Source: Malacoraja senta (Eukaryota). Taken from it: DNA of 64,000 bases. A model generated the notes under the pieces. It saw only the letters and a list, made by a program, of their open reading frames with translations, searched no databases and was not told where the DNA came from. Positions 23,924 through 37,070 of the stretch are shown here, piece after piece. The stretch spans positions 310,001 to 374,000 of the forward strand of contig JAXLNO010000655.1 in NCBI GenBank assembly GCA_038087875.1, in the 5' to 3' direction. The translations under genes were made by a program, and so were the position numbers. The number at the start of each line of letters is the position of its first letter. The stretch's first letter is position 1.

Positions 23924-26313
23924 GGCTAGAGAGACAGCGTGGAAACAGGCCCTTCGGCCCACCAAATCCACGGCGCCGACCATCGATGGCCCTTAGACTA
24001 TTTCTTTCTTACGCAATTTACAGCGAACAATTAACCGACAAACCTTTTTGGAAAGTGGGATGAAACCGGAGCACCCGGTGAAAACCCACGCGGTCGCAGG
24101 GCGAACATGCAGAGTCGGTGCAGGCAACACCCGTAGTCAGGATCGAACCTGGGTCTCTGCCGCCATTAGGCAGCAAGGCTACCGCTGCGCCACCATGCCA
24201 CCCAGATCATACTTCAACACGTAAACCTACAACATTGCCATTCCCAGTGCAATAATGAGGGATACGCAGCAATATTAGAGCTGCCTGCTTATGAATGAGG
24301 AAATGAACCAAGATCAGTGTGTCCCTGTGGGCGGATCATTTCGCACAGATAAGCAGGTTTCCCTAATGTCCGAGACAAATGGTGACACAAGGAATTGCAA
24401 ATGCTGGTTTACAAAAATAAAACAAAAAAATGCTGGGGTAACTCAGCGGGATCTGGCTGCGTCTCTGGAGATCAATGGAAAGGCGACGCTTTGGGTCGGG
24501 ACCCTTCTTCAGACTCAAGAAGGGTTGAAATGTTGCCTACCTGTGTTCTCCAGAGATACTGAACTATCCTACCTAAAGCCAGAGAGCAGGACCTTACCAG
24601 ACTTTACCTTGCGCTAAACGTTATTCCCTTTATCATGTATCTGTACACTGTGGATGGCTCGATTGTAATCATGAATTGTCTTTCCGCTGACTGGTTAGCA
24701 CGCAGCAAAAGCTTTTCACTGTATCTTAGTATGCGTGACAATAAACTGAACTCTGACCCAAACTCAGACAGCACCCGCCGTCAGGATTGAACCCGGGTCT
24801 CTGGCGCAATAAGGCCGCAACTCTACCGCTGCGCCACTGTGCTGCCCCCTTGTTTGGGTTCTTGTTTGAACTTGATAATATTATATGGGAGCTTGTTTGT
24901 ATGCATTGAGTAGCTAAGGGAGGGCCTGTGTAGAGGGGGAATGGTAGGGTACATGCCCTGACCGTGTTTTGCTCAGTGAGGTTATCTCAATTCAAGGGAC
25001 ATGGTCCAGAACGAGTGGCGATTAGTAAAATGGAGACTTAATGTAATGACATTGACTTGAATTACACCACAGCAGCTGGTGAAGTGCAATACAGTTATAT
25101 AAATCTGGATTAAAGTAGGGTGGGTAATTTTAGCCATGAAACTGCTGGGTTAACATCAATAGTCCATCTAGTTCGCTAACATTTACCAGGGAAAGGAAAT
25201 CTACCATCTGTAACATAAGCACATATAGGTCCAAGGTTCCAGCAGTATCATTGAATCTGAGTGGCCCTCTGAAGGGAGGGATACCACAAGCCATTCAGTT
25301 CAAGGGAGGTCTGGAATGGGGTTATAATTAATGACAACCTGGCCACTCCTTCTTCTCCTAACAGGCAAAAAGTATAGAAGTGTGAAAACGCACACCTCTA
25401 GATTCAGGGACAGTTTCTTCCCAGCTGTTATCAGGCAACTGAATCATCCTGCCACAACCAGAGAGCAGTCCTGAACTACTATCTACTTCATTGGTGACCC
25501 TCGGACTGCCCTTGATGGGACTTTACCTAAACGTTATTCCCTTATCATGTATCTATACACTGTGGCCGGCTCGATTGTAAACATGTATTGTCTTTCGCTG
25601 ACTGGTTAGCATGCAACAAAAGCTTTTCACTGTACCTCGGTACACGTGACAATAAACTAAACTGAGAACTGATAACATGTATGAATAAAAAGTACAAACT
25701 AATTGTTTAAATCATACACTAGCTCTTGTACATTCCTTCATTTAAAACGGGAATCATTCAGAATTTATTGCCTCAATTATGATCTCGATGCAGTGGGCCG
25801 AAGGGCCTGTTTCCGCGCTGTATCTCTAAACTAAACTAAACAAGACAAGAGTTCAAACCCGGCCATGACAGCTGGGGAATTTAAATTCAAGTAATTATAT
25901 AAACTCTGGAAAAAAAAATCCAAAAACAGGAATGGGTGAGCACAAAATGACTGAATTAGTCATAGAGTCATACTGCACAGAAACAGGCCCTTCGGCCCAA
26001 CTCTTCTCGGCCAGCCATGATGCCTCCTCTGAGGCTGTCCAACTTGACCCGGATCTCTCTAAATGCTCCGGTTTCCTTCCACATCCCAAAGTTTTGTTGG
26101 TAGATTAATTTCCCCCGATAAATTTCCCCAACTGCATGACTGGAGAAACAGGGGTGAGTTCATATGAGCATGAAAGAGAATATTTCACAGGGAATTAAAT
26201 AAAGGAATGGGACTAAAGGGCTTGCTGTGAGAGCTAACAAAGGCTTGATGGGCCGCATGGCCTCCTTCTCTGCTTAAGGAAGATATAGAATGTGAAAACA
26301 TAATGGGCAGAAG

Positions 26314-26509
26314 GTAGACAAAAATGTTGGAGAAACTCAGCGGGTGAGGCAGCATCCATGGAGAGAAGGAATAGGTGACATTTCGGGTCGAGACCCTTCT
26401 TCAGACATCGTCTATTCCTTCTCTCCATAGATGCTGCCTCACCCGCTGAGTTTCTCCAGCATTTTTGTCTACCTTTGATTTTTCCAGCATCTGCAGTTCC
26501 TTCTTAAAC
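26314..26509. mobile_element. non-autonomous Penelope-derived palindromic mini-element
   Basis: Inverted pLTR arms; exact 16-bp TSD ACATAATGGGCAGAAG at 26298-26313 and 26510-26525. Confidence 0.85.
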
Positions 26510-28369
26510 ACATAATGGGCAGAAGTAGGTTTGAAGCAGAATTGTACAAATTAGATTGGAGATTGTTCCTATCATTAGTTTAGTTTAGTTTAGACATACA
26601 GCGTGAAAACAGGCCCTTCGGCCCATCGAGTCCGTACCGAACAGCGATCCCTGCACATCAACACTATCCTATGCACTAGGGACAATTTACATTTATACCA
26701 AGCCAATTAGTCTACAAACCTGTCCGTGTTTGGAGTGTGGGAGGAAACCGAAGACTCGGAGAAAACAACCCACGCAGGTCACGGTGAGAATGTACAAACT
26801 CCGTACAGGCAGCACCCGCCGTTAGGATTGAACCCGGGTAAGCAACTCTACCGCTGCGCCACCATGACGCTCACTGGTATCTCTGAACTATCTCGGATAG
26901 TTACTTTGGAGGGCTCATCTTGGATGCAGATGCAAAGTGAATTTGCCTTCTAAATATAGTTTGCGTCAATATTTAATGCGGCAGTCAGATCCTTAAACAT
27001 GGCCACTGTCATCATAACTCTTCTTCAAAGTATTCTTCTTTTCAAGAGTGTTTAATCGTTATATACGAGCAACGGAACAATGAAATTCTTATTTGATGCA
27101 GCTAAGCGAGCCCCTGAATGCAATAACACAAAATATATATATATATAATGATCAATCACTAAAAAAAATTAATAATTGTTCATTAGGTAACCATGATGGT
27201 GTAAAACAGAAGTCTAAAGTGCAATCAAAGTTGACTCTAGTATTCACTCAGAGGGTGGTGGATACATGGAATAAGCAGCCACAGTAGGTAGTTGAGGCAG
27301 GTTAAAAGACACTTAGACAGGTACATGGTGATTTTACTTTAGTTTGGATATACGGCATAGAAACAGGCTGATGAAGGGTCTCGACCTGAAACATCGCCCA
27401 TTCCTTCTCTACAGAGATGGTGCCTCACCCGCTGAGATACTCCAGCATTTTGTGTCTACCTTCAATTTAATCCCGCACCTGCAGTTCTTTCTTACACATA
27501 GAAACAGGCCCTTTGGCCGACCGAGCCCACACCAACTATCGGTCGTTCACACTAGTTTAGCCTTTACTTTAGACCTTAGAGCTTAGAGATACAGCACGGA
27601 AGCAGGCCCTTTGGCCAACCGAGTCTGCGCCGACCAGCGATCACCCTGTACACTCGCGCTATTCTGCACACTAGGGACAATTTACAATTTTACCGAAGCC
27701 AATTAACCTACAAAACCTATATGTCTTTTGAGTGTGGGGTTAAATGGTTGATACAGGTTGCCTCTATGAGGCAGTGTTTCCTAGAGATCTCTCACTCATC
27801 TGAAGACCTGGAACACCTCTAGGGTTATTTCCACTTGTAAGAGCAACCTTGTATTCCAGTGCTCACTATTTGTTTGACCCTGAGAGATTCAGTTTCAGCT
27901 CAAGGTAAACCACCAAAGGAAATTGTAGCAAAATAAGTAGCATTTATGCCACTTCACATTGTTAAATTGTTGATTGTTTTAAAAAAGGAGGATGAAAATA
28001 AAAAAAAACAGTGAGAATAGCGTGTATTAGGCCTGGATAGAGTGAATGTGGAGAGGATGTTTCCACCAGGGGGAGAGTCTAGAATCAGAGGCCCTAGCCT
28101 CAGAATAAAAGGACGTACCTTTATAAAGGAGATGAGGAGGGATTTCTTTAGTCAGAGAGCTGTGAACCTGTGAAATCCATTGCCACTGGCGGCTGTGGAG
28201 GCCACGTCAAATGATATTATTAAGGTGGTTCTTGAATAGTAAGGGTGTCAAGGGTTATGGGGAGAAGGCAGGAGAATGGGGTTGAGAAGAAAAGATAGAT
28301 TAGCCATGTTTGAATGGCGGAGTAGCCTCGATGGGTCAACTGGCCTAATTCTGCTCCAATGATTTGTGA

Positions 28370-28790
28370 ACTTATGCAAGGGCAGTATGAGATTAAGAAG
28401 GAGGTGTTGGGGCTCTTGAAGAGCATTAAAGTGGATAAATCACTGGGATCTGAAGGGACCTATCCATGGTTATTGAGAGAGGCAAGAGAGGGGGTTGCAG
28501 GAACCTTGACAACAATCTTTGCATCTTCTCTGGCTACTGGCAGAGACCCCAGAGGACTGGAGAGTAGCTAATATCGTTCCTTTATTTCAGAAGGGAAGTA
28601 GAGAAAATCCAGGGGAAATGTAGGCTGGTGATCCTCACCTCAGTGGCAGGAAAGCTATTGGAGAGGATTCTTCGGGATAGGATTTACTCCCTTCTGGAAG
28701 AGGATGGGTTAAACTGGGACAGTCCGCTGGCTTTGTACGCGGCAGGTCGTGTCTGACTGACTGGATGGAATCTTTTGAGGAGGTGGTGAA
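28370..28790 (+). mobile_element. old CR1 ORF2 fragment (pre-RT/RT N-terminal region)
   Basis: EVLGLLKSIKVDKSLGSEGTYPWLLREAREGVAG resembles the CR1 'KSPGPDGIHPRLLKE' region; frameshifted. Confidence 0.75.
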
Positions 28791-29641
28791 GTAGATCCAT
28801 CCTGCTGGGTGAAACTCAGCCTCCAGGGATTACAAGAACACGGGAAGACTCTTGATCTGGTTTTACTTTGAGGAATCTACGCAACAGACCCCTCAAGCCA
28901 AAATATCTCGCCTGTGTGCTGTTGCCCAGAACCAAGTTAGTCCAGATGGTGTCGGATCAAGGCTTATATCCAAAGCCAAACTTCCTCCCTATAAATTCCA
29001 AGCCTCATGACACAAAGGCCAAGATTCCATTGGGCTATTCAATTGGGACCAGTCCACTAACTTGGAAATTTGCGTGCAGGGTCACCCTTTACTTTCCTGC
29101 AATGAAAATCTGATGTTCTTCCTTCACTGCACATAACCTCACGTTTTGCTCACACCCAACACCAACTGATGCCACTTTCCTCACTGACCTTAAATGTGGG
29201 AGGACCTCTTGCTTATCTCAGAACATGGAACAGTACCAGCACAGGGCGCGGCCCTTCGGCCCTCAATGTTGTGCTGGACATGATGCCAAGTTAAACTGAT
29301 TTAGAGGTAAATTAGAGATACAGCACGGAAGCTGGCCCACTGAGTCCGCGCGATCGGCGATCACCCCGTACACTCGCACTATCCGACGCACTAGGGAAAA
29401 TGTACAATTTTCCGAAGCCAATTAACCTACAAACCTGCACATGTTTGGAGTGTGGGAGGATACCGGAGCATCTGGAAAAAACCCATGCAGGTCATAGGGA
29501 GAACGTACAAACTCCGCACAGACAGCACCAGTGGTCAGGATCAGGATCGAACCCGGGTCTCTGGCGCTGTGAAGCAGCAACTCCACCACTGCGCCACTCA
29601 GCCGCCCTTTAATACTCTTTAATCCAGGCAGCATTCTAGTA

Positions 29642-29851
29642 AAAATGTGTAAGAAAGAACTGCAGATGCTGGTTTAGACACAAAATGCTGGAGTAACTCA
29701 CCGGGTGAGGCAGCATCTCTGGAGAGAAGGAATGGGCGACGTTTCAGGTCGAGACCCTTCTTCAGACTGAAGAAGGGTCTCGACCCGAAACGTCACCCAT
29801 TCCTTCTCTCCAGAGATGCTACCTCACCCACTCCAGCATTTTGTGTCTACC
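29642..29851. mobile_element. Penelope-derived palindromic mini-element
   Basis: Long inverted repeat centred at about 29766; 13-bp TSD CAGCATTCT(A/G)GTA at 29629-29641 and 29852-29864. Similar palindromes at about 6487-6819, 7910-8126, 22225-22425, 40660-40827 and 62496-62710. Confidence 0.85.
29767..29794 (+). ncRNA. minimal hammerhead ribozyme-like motif (mirror copy on minus strand at 29738-29765)
   Basis: CTGAAGAAGGGTCTCGACCCGAAACGTC. Confidence 0.6.
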
Positions 29852-29961
29852 CAGCATTCTGGTAGACCTCTCCTGCACCCTCTCCAAAGTCTCCACGCCC
29901 TTTCTGTGGTGGGGCGAGCAGAACAGCAAGTGAACAACGGGGAAACCAAGCAAACGCTTAC

Positions 29962-30163
29962 CAGGTAGGTCACCCCGCTGTCGGTGCCCGCGTCCCAGGG
30001 GATGAGGTCTTGGTTCAGCTTCTGCATCCAGCCGCAATCCTTGGTGCAGAGGTCCTCTGCCGGGAGGCCCACGTTCCAGTCTGGGCTGGGACCCATCATG
30101 GTCAGGAAGGACATGAGGTGTCTGGTGCGGTCGACGGAAAACTCTGCCGATGGAGCTGCCCGC
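29962..30163 (-). CDS. spon1: F-spondin coding exon (spondin domain; equivalent of mammalian exon 8), 202 nt
   Basis: Translates (after 1 nt) RAAPSAEFSVDRTRHLMSFLTMMGPSPDWNVGLPAEDLCTKDCGWMQKLNQDLIPWDAGTDSGVTYL, with the spondin-domain motifs PSPDW and WDAGTDSG. Acceptor ..cccag, donor GTAAGC. Confidence 0.96.
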
Positions 30164-31468
30164 CTGGGTAGAACACAAAGTAGGGTTATGGAGAAGGGAC
30201 ATGCCCACTGCAATATTCACCTACCTTTAGACAGGACATGAGGAGGAGCTTCTTTCGTCAGAGGGCGGTGATTTGGTGCAATTCATTGCCACGGAAAACC
30301 AGCTGTTCCTGAACCTGGTGGCGTGGGACTTCAGGCTTCGATGGTGGCAATGAGAAGTGAGTGTGGCTCGAATGTTTCCACTAGAGGGAGAGTCTAGGAC
30401 CAGAGACCATAGCCTCAGAATGAAAGGATGTACCTTTAGAAAGGAGATGAGGAGGAATTTCTTTCGTCAGAAGGTGGTGAGTATGACATGCATTGCACCG
30501 ATGGCTGTGGAAGCCAAGTCAATGGATATTTTTAAGGCGGAGATTGAGATTCTTGATTAGTGTGGGTGTCAGGGGTTATGGGGAGAAGGCAGGAGAATGG
30601 GGTTGAGAGGGAACGATAGATCAGCCATGATTGAATTGCGGAGTGGATTTGATGGGCCGAATGGCCTAATTCCGCTCCTAGAATTTATGGACTTATGGAC
30701 TTAATACATATGGGAGCTGTGTGGCTCCTCACTTTATTTTGTCAATCATTGGAACACATAACATTGAACAGTACAGAACAGGAACAACTCATTCGGCCTA
30801 CAATGTCTGTGCCGACCGCAAGGTCAAGACCAACTCATCCACCTGCACATATTCAATGTCCCTCCATTCCCTGCATATCTTCAGAGGGTGGTGGGTGCCA
30901 AAAATGGACTGCCAGGGGTGGTGGTGGTAGTGGTGACAAATAGGAGAGTGGCATTTAAGAGGCTTTCAGATAGGCACGTGGATATGCAGGGAATGGAATA
31001 ATATGGATCATGTGCAGTCAAAGGAGATTAGTTTAACTTAGCATTAAGTCACGGGCGGTCACAGTGGCGCAGCGGTAGAGTTGCTGCCTTACAGCGAATG
31101 CAGAGCTGGAGACCCGGGTTCGATCCCGACTATGGGTGCTATCTGTACGGAGTTTGTAAGTTCTCCTCGTGACCTGCGTGGGTTTTCTCCGAGTCTTCAC
31201 TTTCCTCCCACACTCCAAAGACATACAGGTTTGTAGGTTAATTGGCTTGGTAAATGTAAAAATTGTCCCTAGTGGGTGTAGGATAGTGTTAATGTGCGGG
31301 GATCGCTGGTCAGCGATAGTAAATTAATAGTAAATTAAACTAAACTAAACTAGCATGGAATGATGGGGCTGAAGGGCCTGTTCCTGTGTTATGTTCTCTG
31401 GTCTCAATTATACTTTCTCTCTCGATCATCATACCTTCTGAAGCCCTCTAGTGATCTCGGCCTTGGCC

Positions 31469-32026
<558 letters not shown>

Positions 32027-32770
32027 TAACAATGTATTTATCGGTTAATTGATTGATTGACTGATCAATTGAAAGATGCATCAGGGAAACAGGCCCTTCA
32101 GCCCACTAAGACCATGTCAACCATTGATCACCTGTTCACACTTGTTCTAGGGGTTATCCCACTTTCCCCATCCATTCCCTTGGGGGGCAATTATCACAGT
32201 GGCCAATTAACCTTCAAACCCGCACGTCTCTGGGATGTGGGGGGGAACCGGAGCAGCCAGAGGAAACTCATGTGGTCACAGTGAGAACGTACACTGCACA
32301 CAGACAGCACCCGTGTTCAGGATCGAACCGGGATCTCTGGCACTATGAAGCCACAGCCCTTCCAGCTGTGCCACGGTGCCATTCTTAACAGTAGTAGAGT
32401 TTCAATGAGATCACCTCTCGTGCTTTTAAACCTCAGTAACTATCTCACACAATATCCCCCTGTGGGACCACCTTTAATTGCTTTTATCCACTTCCAGCCT
32501 CCGAATAATACTTCAAGTGCAAATTCTAATAAGGCTTTAGCAGCCGAATCCAGTCTTTGAGGATCTCCTCAGCTGACGTGAGATTCATCAATTTTAATCA
32601 TTTCAATCATGCATTAACATTTTACATCCTTAATTTTTGCTTTGGTGTCTCTGATGATTGTCTGCATAATCCCAGGGTCAGTCGCAGGATAATCCGGCTT
32701 GTGGTTGTGATACATAATCTATTCCAGCACTATTATCGTAAATCATAATTTTTTCTCTCTCCGCAGAGAT

Positions 32771-33085
32771 CGGCACGGCGGCGCAGCGGTAGAGTTGCTG
32801 CCTTGCAGCGCTGACAGCGCCAGAGACCCGGGTTCCATCCTGGCTACGGGTGCTTGTCTGTACGGAGTTTGTACCTTCTCCCCGTGACCTGCGTGGGTTT
32901 TCTCCGAGAACTTCGGTTTCCTCCCACACACCAAAGACGTACAGGTTTGTAGGTTAATTGGCTTGGTACATATGTAAAAATTGCCCCCCAGTGTAGGATA
33001 GTGTTAGTGTGCGGGGATCGCAGGTCGGTGCAGACTCGGTGGCCAAAGGGCCTGTTTCTGCGTTGTATCTCTAAACTAAACTAAA
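32771..33085 (+). mobile_element. HE1-type V-SINE (tRNA-derived head, CR1/HER1 tail)
   Basis: GGCGCAGCGGTAG A-box, GGTTCCATCC B-box, V-domain GGTTTCCTCCCACA..CAAAGAC, GGGCCTGTTTC tail and (CTAAA)n. Confidence 0.88.
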
Positions 33086-33609
33086 ATAAGAATCTGATCT
33101 TTTTACACTTTATTTGCCAGTTGTCCATTGTCCTTTGAAACTGTGATCATCCGACACTCTTGAGACATGCTGCTCGTCTTTTAATTCACATTTTTTAAAA
33201 GATGTTACTGCACATTATAATATTTTTTTTCAATGAACCCAGTGAGTTTCAGGGAAGTGAAGGAAATGGGGCCCCAGTGTGTTCGTTTAGAGATAGAGTA
33301 TGGAAACAGGCCCTTCAGCCCAACAAGTCCATGCCGACCATCGATCACCCATTCACATTAGTTCTACGTTATCCCATTTCCGCATTCATTGCCTACACAC
33401 AATGGAGCAATTTACAGAAGCCAATTACCCCACAAACACGCACGTCTTTGGGATGTGGGAGGAAACCCGCAAACTTTACAGAGACAGCGCTCAAAGTCAG
33501 GATCGAACCCGGGTCTCCGGCATTGTGAGGCAGCAGCTCTGCCTGCATTGTGCTGCCACGAGTGTGTTAGACGTTCTTGTACATTCATTGACTGCATCGT
33601 ATGATAAAA

Positions 33610-34027
33610 CAGACGAGCAGCATGCCCTCCGGAGGCCTGTATCCCCCACCGCGGATGGAGGACCTGCCCGCAGGCCCAGCTCACCCACAGGGGTCTCCCA
33701 ACTTGGCCCCGAGCCGCCGTGAGTGACCGCCTAGAACGGGTTGGGCCGTCGGAGAGTGAGGTGGACATTCGGGAGCGAGGGGACCGTTGGAGGGCGAGGA
33801 AGGCCATCAGAGAGCAAGGAGAACAAAACCTGCTGCCACGGGCGGCGGCAGGCAGTAGATAAGACTTTTCGGTGAACCTTTGTAACTTTGTCAGCGCCAA
33901 AACACGACGCCACTTGTGCACTGCCTGGGTGAGGTCTGCTGTAGGATTTTACCGGGTTGTACACAAAACAAAGCGTTTCACTGTACCTAGGTACATGTGA
34001 CAATAGAGTATCATTGAATCATTGAAT
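33610..34027 (+). mobile_element. GC-rich non-autonomous element with Rex-like tail and (CATTGAAT)n
   Basis: Tail TTTCACTGTACCTAGGTACATGTGACAAT; related 3' ends at about 14095-14262 and 5480-5720. Confidence 0.55.
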
Positions 34028-34085
34028 GTCTACGCTTGTCATGGAGCGGTCTGTAATATTCTGAAAGATGTATAAATATAAATGT

Positions 34086-34577
34086 AACTTTGGTCTCTTT
34101 TAGATTCATAGAGTGATACAGTGTGGAAACAGGCCCTTCAGCCCAACTCGCCCACACTGGCCAACAATGTCCCAGCAACCCTGGTGCCACTTGCCTGCGC
34201 TTGGTCCACAACCCTCCAAACCTGTCCTATCAATGTACCTGTCCAACTGTTTCTTAAACGATGGGATAGTACCAGCCTCAACTACCTTCTCTGGAAGCTT
34301 GTTCCACACACCCACCACCCTCTGTGTGGAAAAGTTACCCCTCGGATTCCTATTAAATCTTTTCCCCTTTACCTATCTGTGTCCTCTGGTCCTCGATTCC
34401 CCAACTCTGGGTAAAAGACTCTGTGCATCTACCCGATCTATTCCTCTCATGATTTTGTATATAAGATCTCCCCTCATCCTCCTACGCTCCAAATCCAGCC
34501 TACTCAACCTTTCCCTATAGCTCACACCCTCTAGTCCTGGCAACATCTTCGAAAATCTTTTCTGAACCCTTTCAAGC
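34086..34577 (-). mobile_element. CR1/HER1-type LINE 3' fragment
   Basis: VGVWNKLPEKVVEAGTI..FKKQLDRY C-terminus and GGGCTGAAGGGCCTGTTTCC tail; similar fragments at about 1-450, 19500-19930, 35300-35660, 40050-40380, 51445-51920 and 55600-55830. Confidence 0.8.
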
Positions 34578-34998
34578 TTTGATTTTTTTTTCGTTTATTG
34601 GTTCAACAACAGGTAGTTTTCCCCTGCTGGTGGTGGTGAATATCAGAGCTGGATTTGACAACTGGTTAAACCCATTGTGCCCTATGTTGCTCAGTAAGGC
34701 CAACACAAACCCCAATTCACCTCCAGCACCCGAGGAGTTAACTTTAGAATTAAATACAGCCAGAATACACTGATGGAGTGCTAATTCTGTTAGCTAAAGT
34801 CAATCCCATGAATATCTAAGCAGCAGCATTATTAAAACTATTTTTACCCAGCACGGATTTTCTGCAAAATAGACTGGATAATGAGTTGGAGACTGCTGAA
34901 TGGATTCTAACCTTTTAGGCTGTTGGATTATCACCACTCCTGATTTAAAGAGTCCAATACAGTTCTCGCCTGGGAAGGCATTCAAGGGAGGGTCATTA

Positions 34999-35198
34999 NN
35001 NNNNNNNNNNNNNNNNNNNNNNNNNNNNNNNNNNNNNNNNNNNNNNNNNNNNNNNNNNNNNNNNNNNNNNNNNNNNNNNNNNNNNNNNNNNNNNNNNNNN
35101 NNNNNNNNNNNNNNNNNNNNNNNNNNNNNNNNNNNNNNNNNNNNNNNNNNNNNNNNNNNNNNNNNNNNNNNNNNNNNNNNNNNNNNNNNNNNNNNNNN
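34999..35198. other. assembly gap (200 N)
   Basis: Run of exactly 200 N. Confidence 0.99.
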
Positions 35199-36274
35199 GT
35201 CAGGACCCTTCTACAGACTGATTGTAGATACTTTGTTACCCTTTAGAAGGCAGTGATGAGTGTGTATCTTCAGTCTGCAGAGTGAGAGTGGTTAGTTGAA
35301 TAAGACGTTGGCGAAGCCGTGTTTAGAGGATTGTGTTCAGTTCTGGGGACCATGTTATAGGAAAGGTGTTGTCAAGGGTACAGAGAAGATTTACAAGGAT
35401 GTTACCAGGACCATCGGGAGAGGTTGCGCGGGCTGGGACTCTATTCCCTGGAACGCAGGAGGATGAGGGGTGATCTTATTGAGATGCATAAAATCATGAG
35501 AGGAATAGATCGGGTAGATGCACAGAGTCTCTTGCCCAGAGGAGGTGAATCGAGGTCCAGAGGACATACTTTCAAGGTGAAGGGGAAAAGATTAAATAGG
35601 AATCTCCTGGGTAACATTTTCCACAGAGGTGGGTGTCTGGAACAAGTTGCCAGAGGAGGTTGCCAGACCCTATGGCCATATGAGAGTGCTCGCACAGTGT
35701 TATTAAGTGGAAAACGGAGGGTTTCCGCTAACACAATAAGAAATGGGTGCAGGAATAGACCAGACTGCCATTCAACAGGAAGGATGCAGCACACCAAACA
35801 GGTAGCTCATCACCATCTCATGGGCAACTATTGCTGTTCCTAATCCCAAACGCGAATAAAAGCTACAAGATCCATCCAACAATGTTTTGTGATTTTCATG
35901 AAGCTAAACTGAGATGCAAAAGAATAGTCTAAAAGACATAAGGTATCATTGTGGTCACATATTGTGAGTTGTAATTAAACCATGGCAATTGGGGAATTTT
36001 AATTTAAGAATTTAAGGCAATCTGAAATTAAATGGTGACCATGAAATCGTTGGATAATCACCTAACCGTTTAATTGGGCTGAAAAGTAGCTGTTCCTCAA
36101 CCTGGAAACAAGGAACCGCAGATGCTGGTTCACAAAAAAAAAGACACAAAGTGCTGGAGTAACTCAACATTCTGCTAACCCTCTTCTGCTCCCCCACCCA
36201 AGCCTTCACCTCCTTCCTGTAAAAGGGCGACCACAACTGCACAGGACACTTACAAATGTGGCCTGTCTAAATAA

Positions 36275-36467
36275 TGGGCCTGTCGCACCAGGGACTAATT
36301 TTAATGGAATTCACCTACGACACCTGGCGACAGCCTACGATCGCACCTACGACAACCTATGACAGCAAAAATTGTCGCCACTGTCACCAAAAATGTTTGA
36401 ACATGTTGAAAATTTTGCGGCAGTCGCCTGTAGTCACCCAAAAAATCACCGAAGTGGGACAGGCCCA
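36275..36467. mobile_element. PIF/Harbinger-type MITE
   Basis: TGGGCCTGTCGCAC..GTGGGACAGGCCCA; flanks TAA/TCA; partial related copy at about 37590-37690. Confidence 0.75.
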
Positions 36468-36511
36468 TCAAGTCCTGTAAACTTACAAAATAACTTCCTG
36501 ACTTATACTAA

Positions 36512-37070
36512 AGGCTCTGTCCCACGGGTTTGCGGTCATTGGCGGTGAAGCGCGGCGTCGCCGGAAGAGGGGACCGCACGTCAACCGCGAGAGTGCTGCA
36601 CTGATGCTGCGCGGGGGCCGAGTGATCTCCGTACGGCCGGTTCCACGAGCTTGCGGCGTCGGGTGATGACGACATCACGCAACGCGACGCGCTACGCGGT
36701 GACGTCTTTCGGATCGCGGGCCTGTGGCGGCGGTAGTGGTGATTGCGGCGCTGTGGCGGCGGCCGTGCCGCACGCGTGCCTCACTGGCGGCGGCTGTGGC
36801 GGTGAAAGTTTGACTCACGCCGCTCGTGCCTCACTGGCGGCGGCTGTGGCGGTGCCCGTGTCGCACTCGTGCCGCACAGGCGGCGGCTGTGCGGCAGGAA
36901 AATATTTTTCGACATTGTTGGTTTTTTGTGAGCACCGTGAAGTGTTGGGACCAACGCCGCACGGCCCCAGCAGTGTGCGTTTGACCGAACCCGCGGACTC
37001 TGGCGGTCCACGAGCGGTAGATACTTCCTGTGTCACCGCCAATGACCGCAAACTCGTGAGACAGGCCTTT
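36512..37070. mobile_element. PIF/Harbinger-type MITE, GC-rich with internal GGCGGCTGTGGCGG repeats
   Basis: About 35-bp TIRs (CTGTCCCACGGGTTTGCGGTCATTGGCGGTGA); TAA-type flanks; one-ended related copy at about 11878-12265. Confidence 0.82.

Noticed and set aside
32771..32850. tRNA-like A/B boxes as tRNA genes
   Set aside because: They are HE1 SINE heads continuing into the V-domain and LINE-derived tail; no full cloverleaf.
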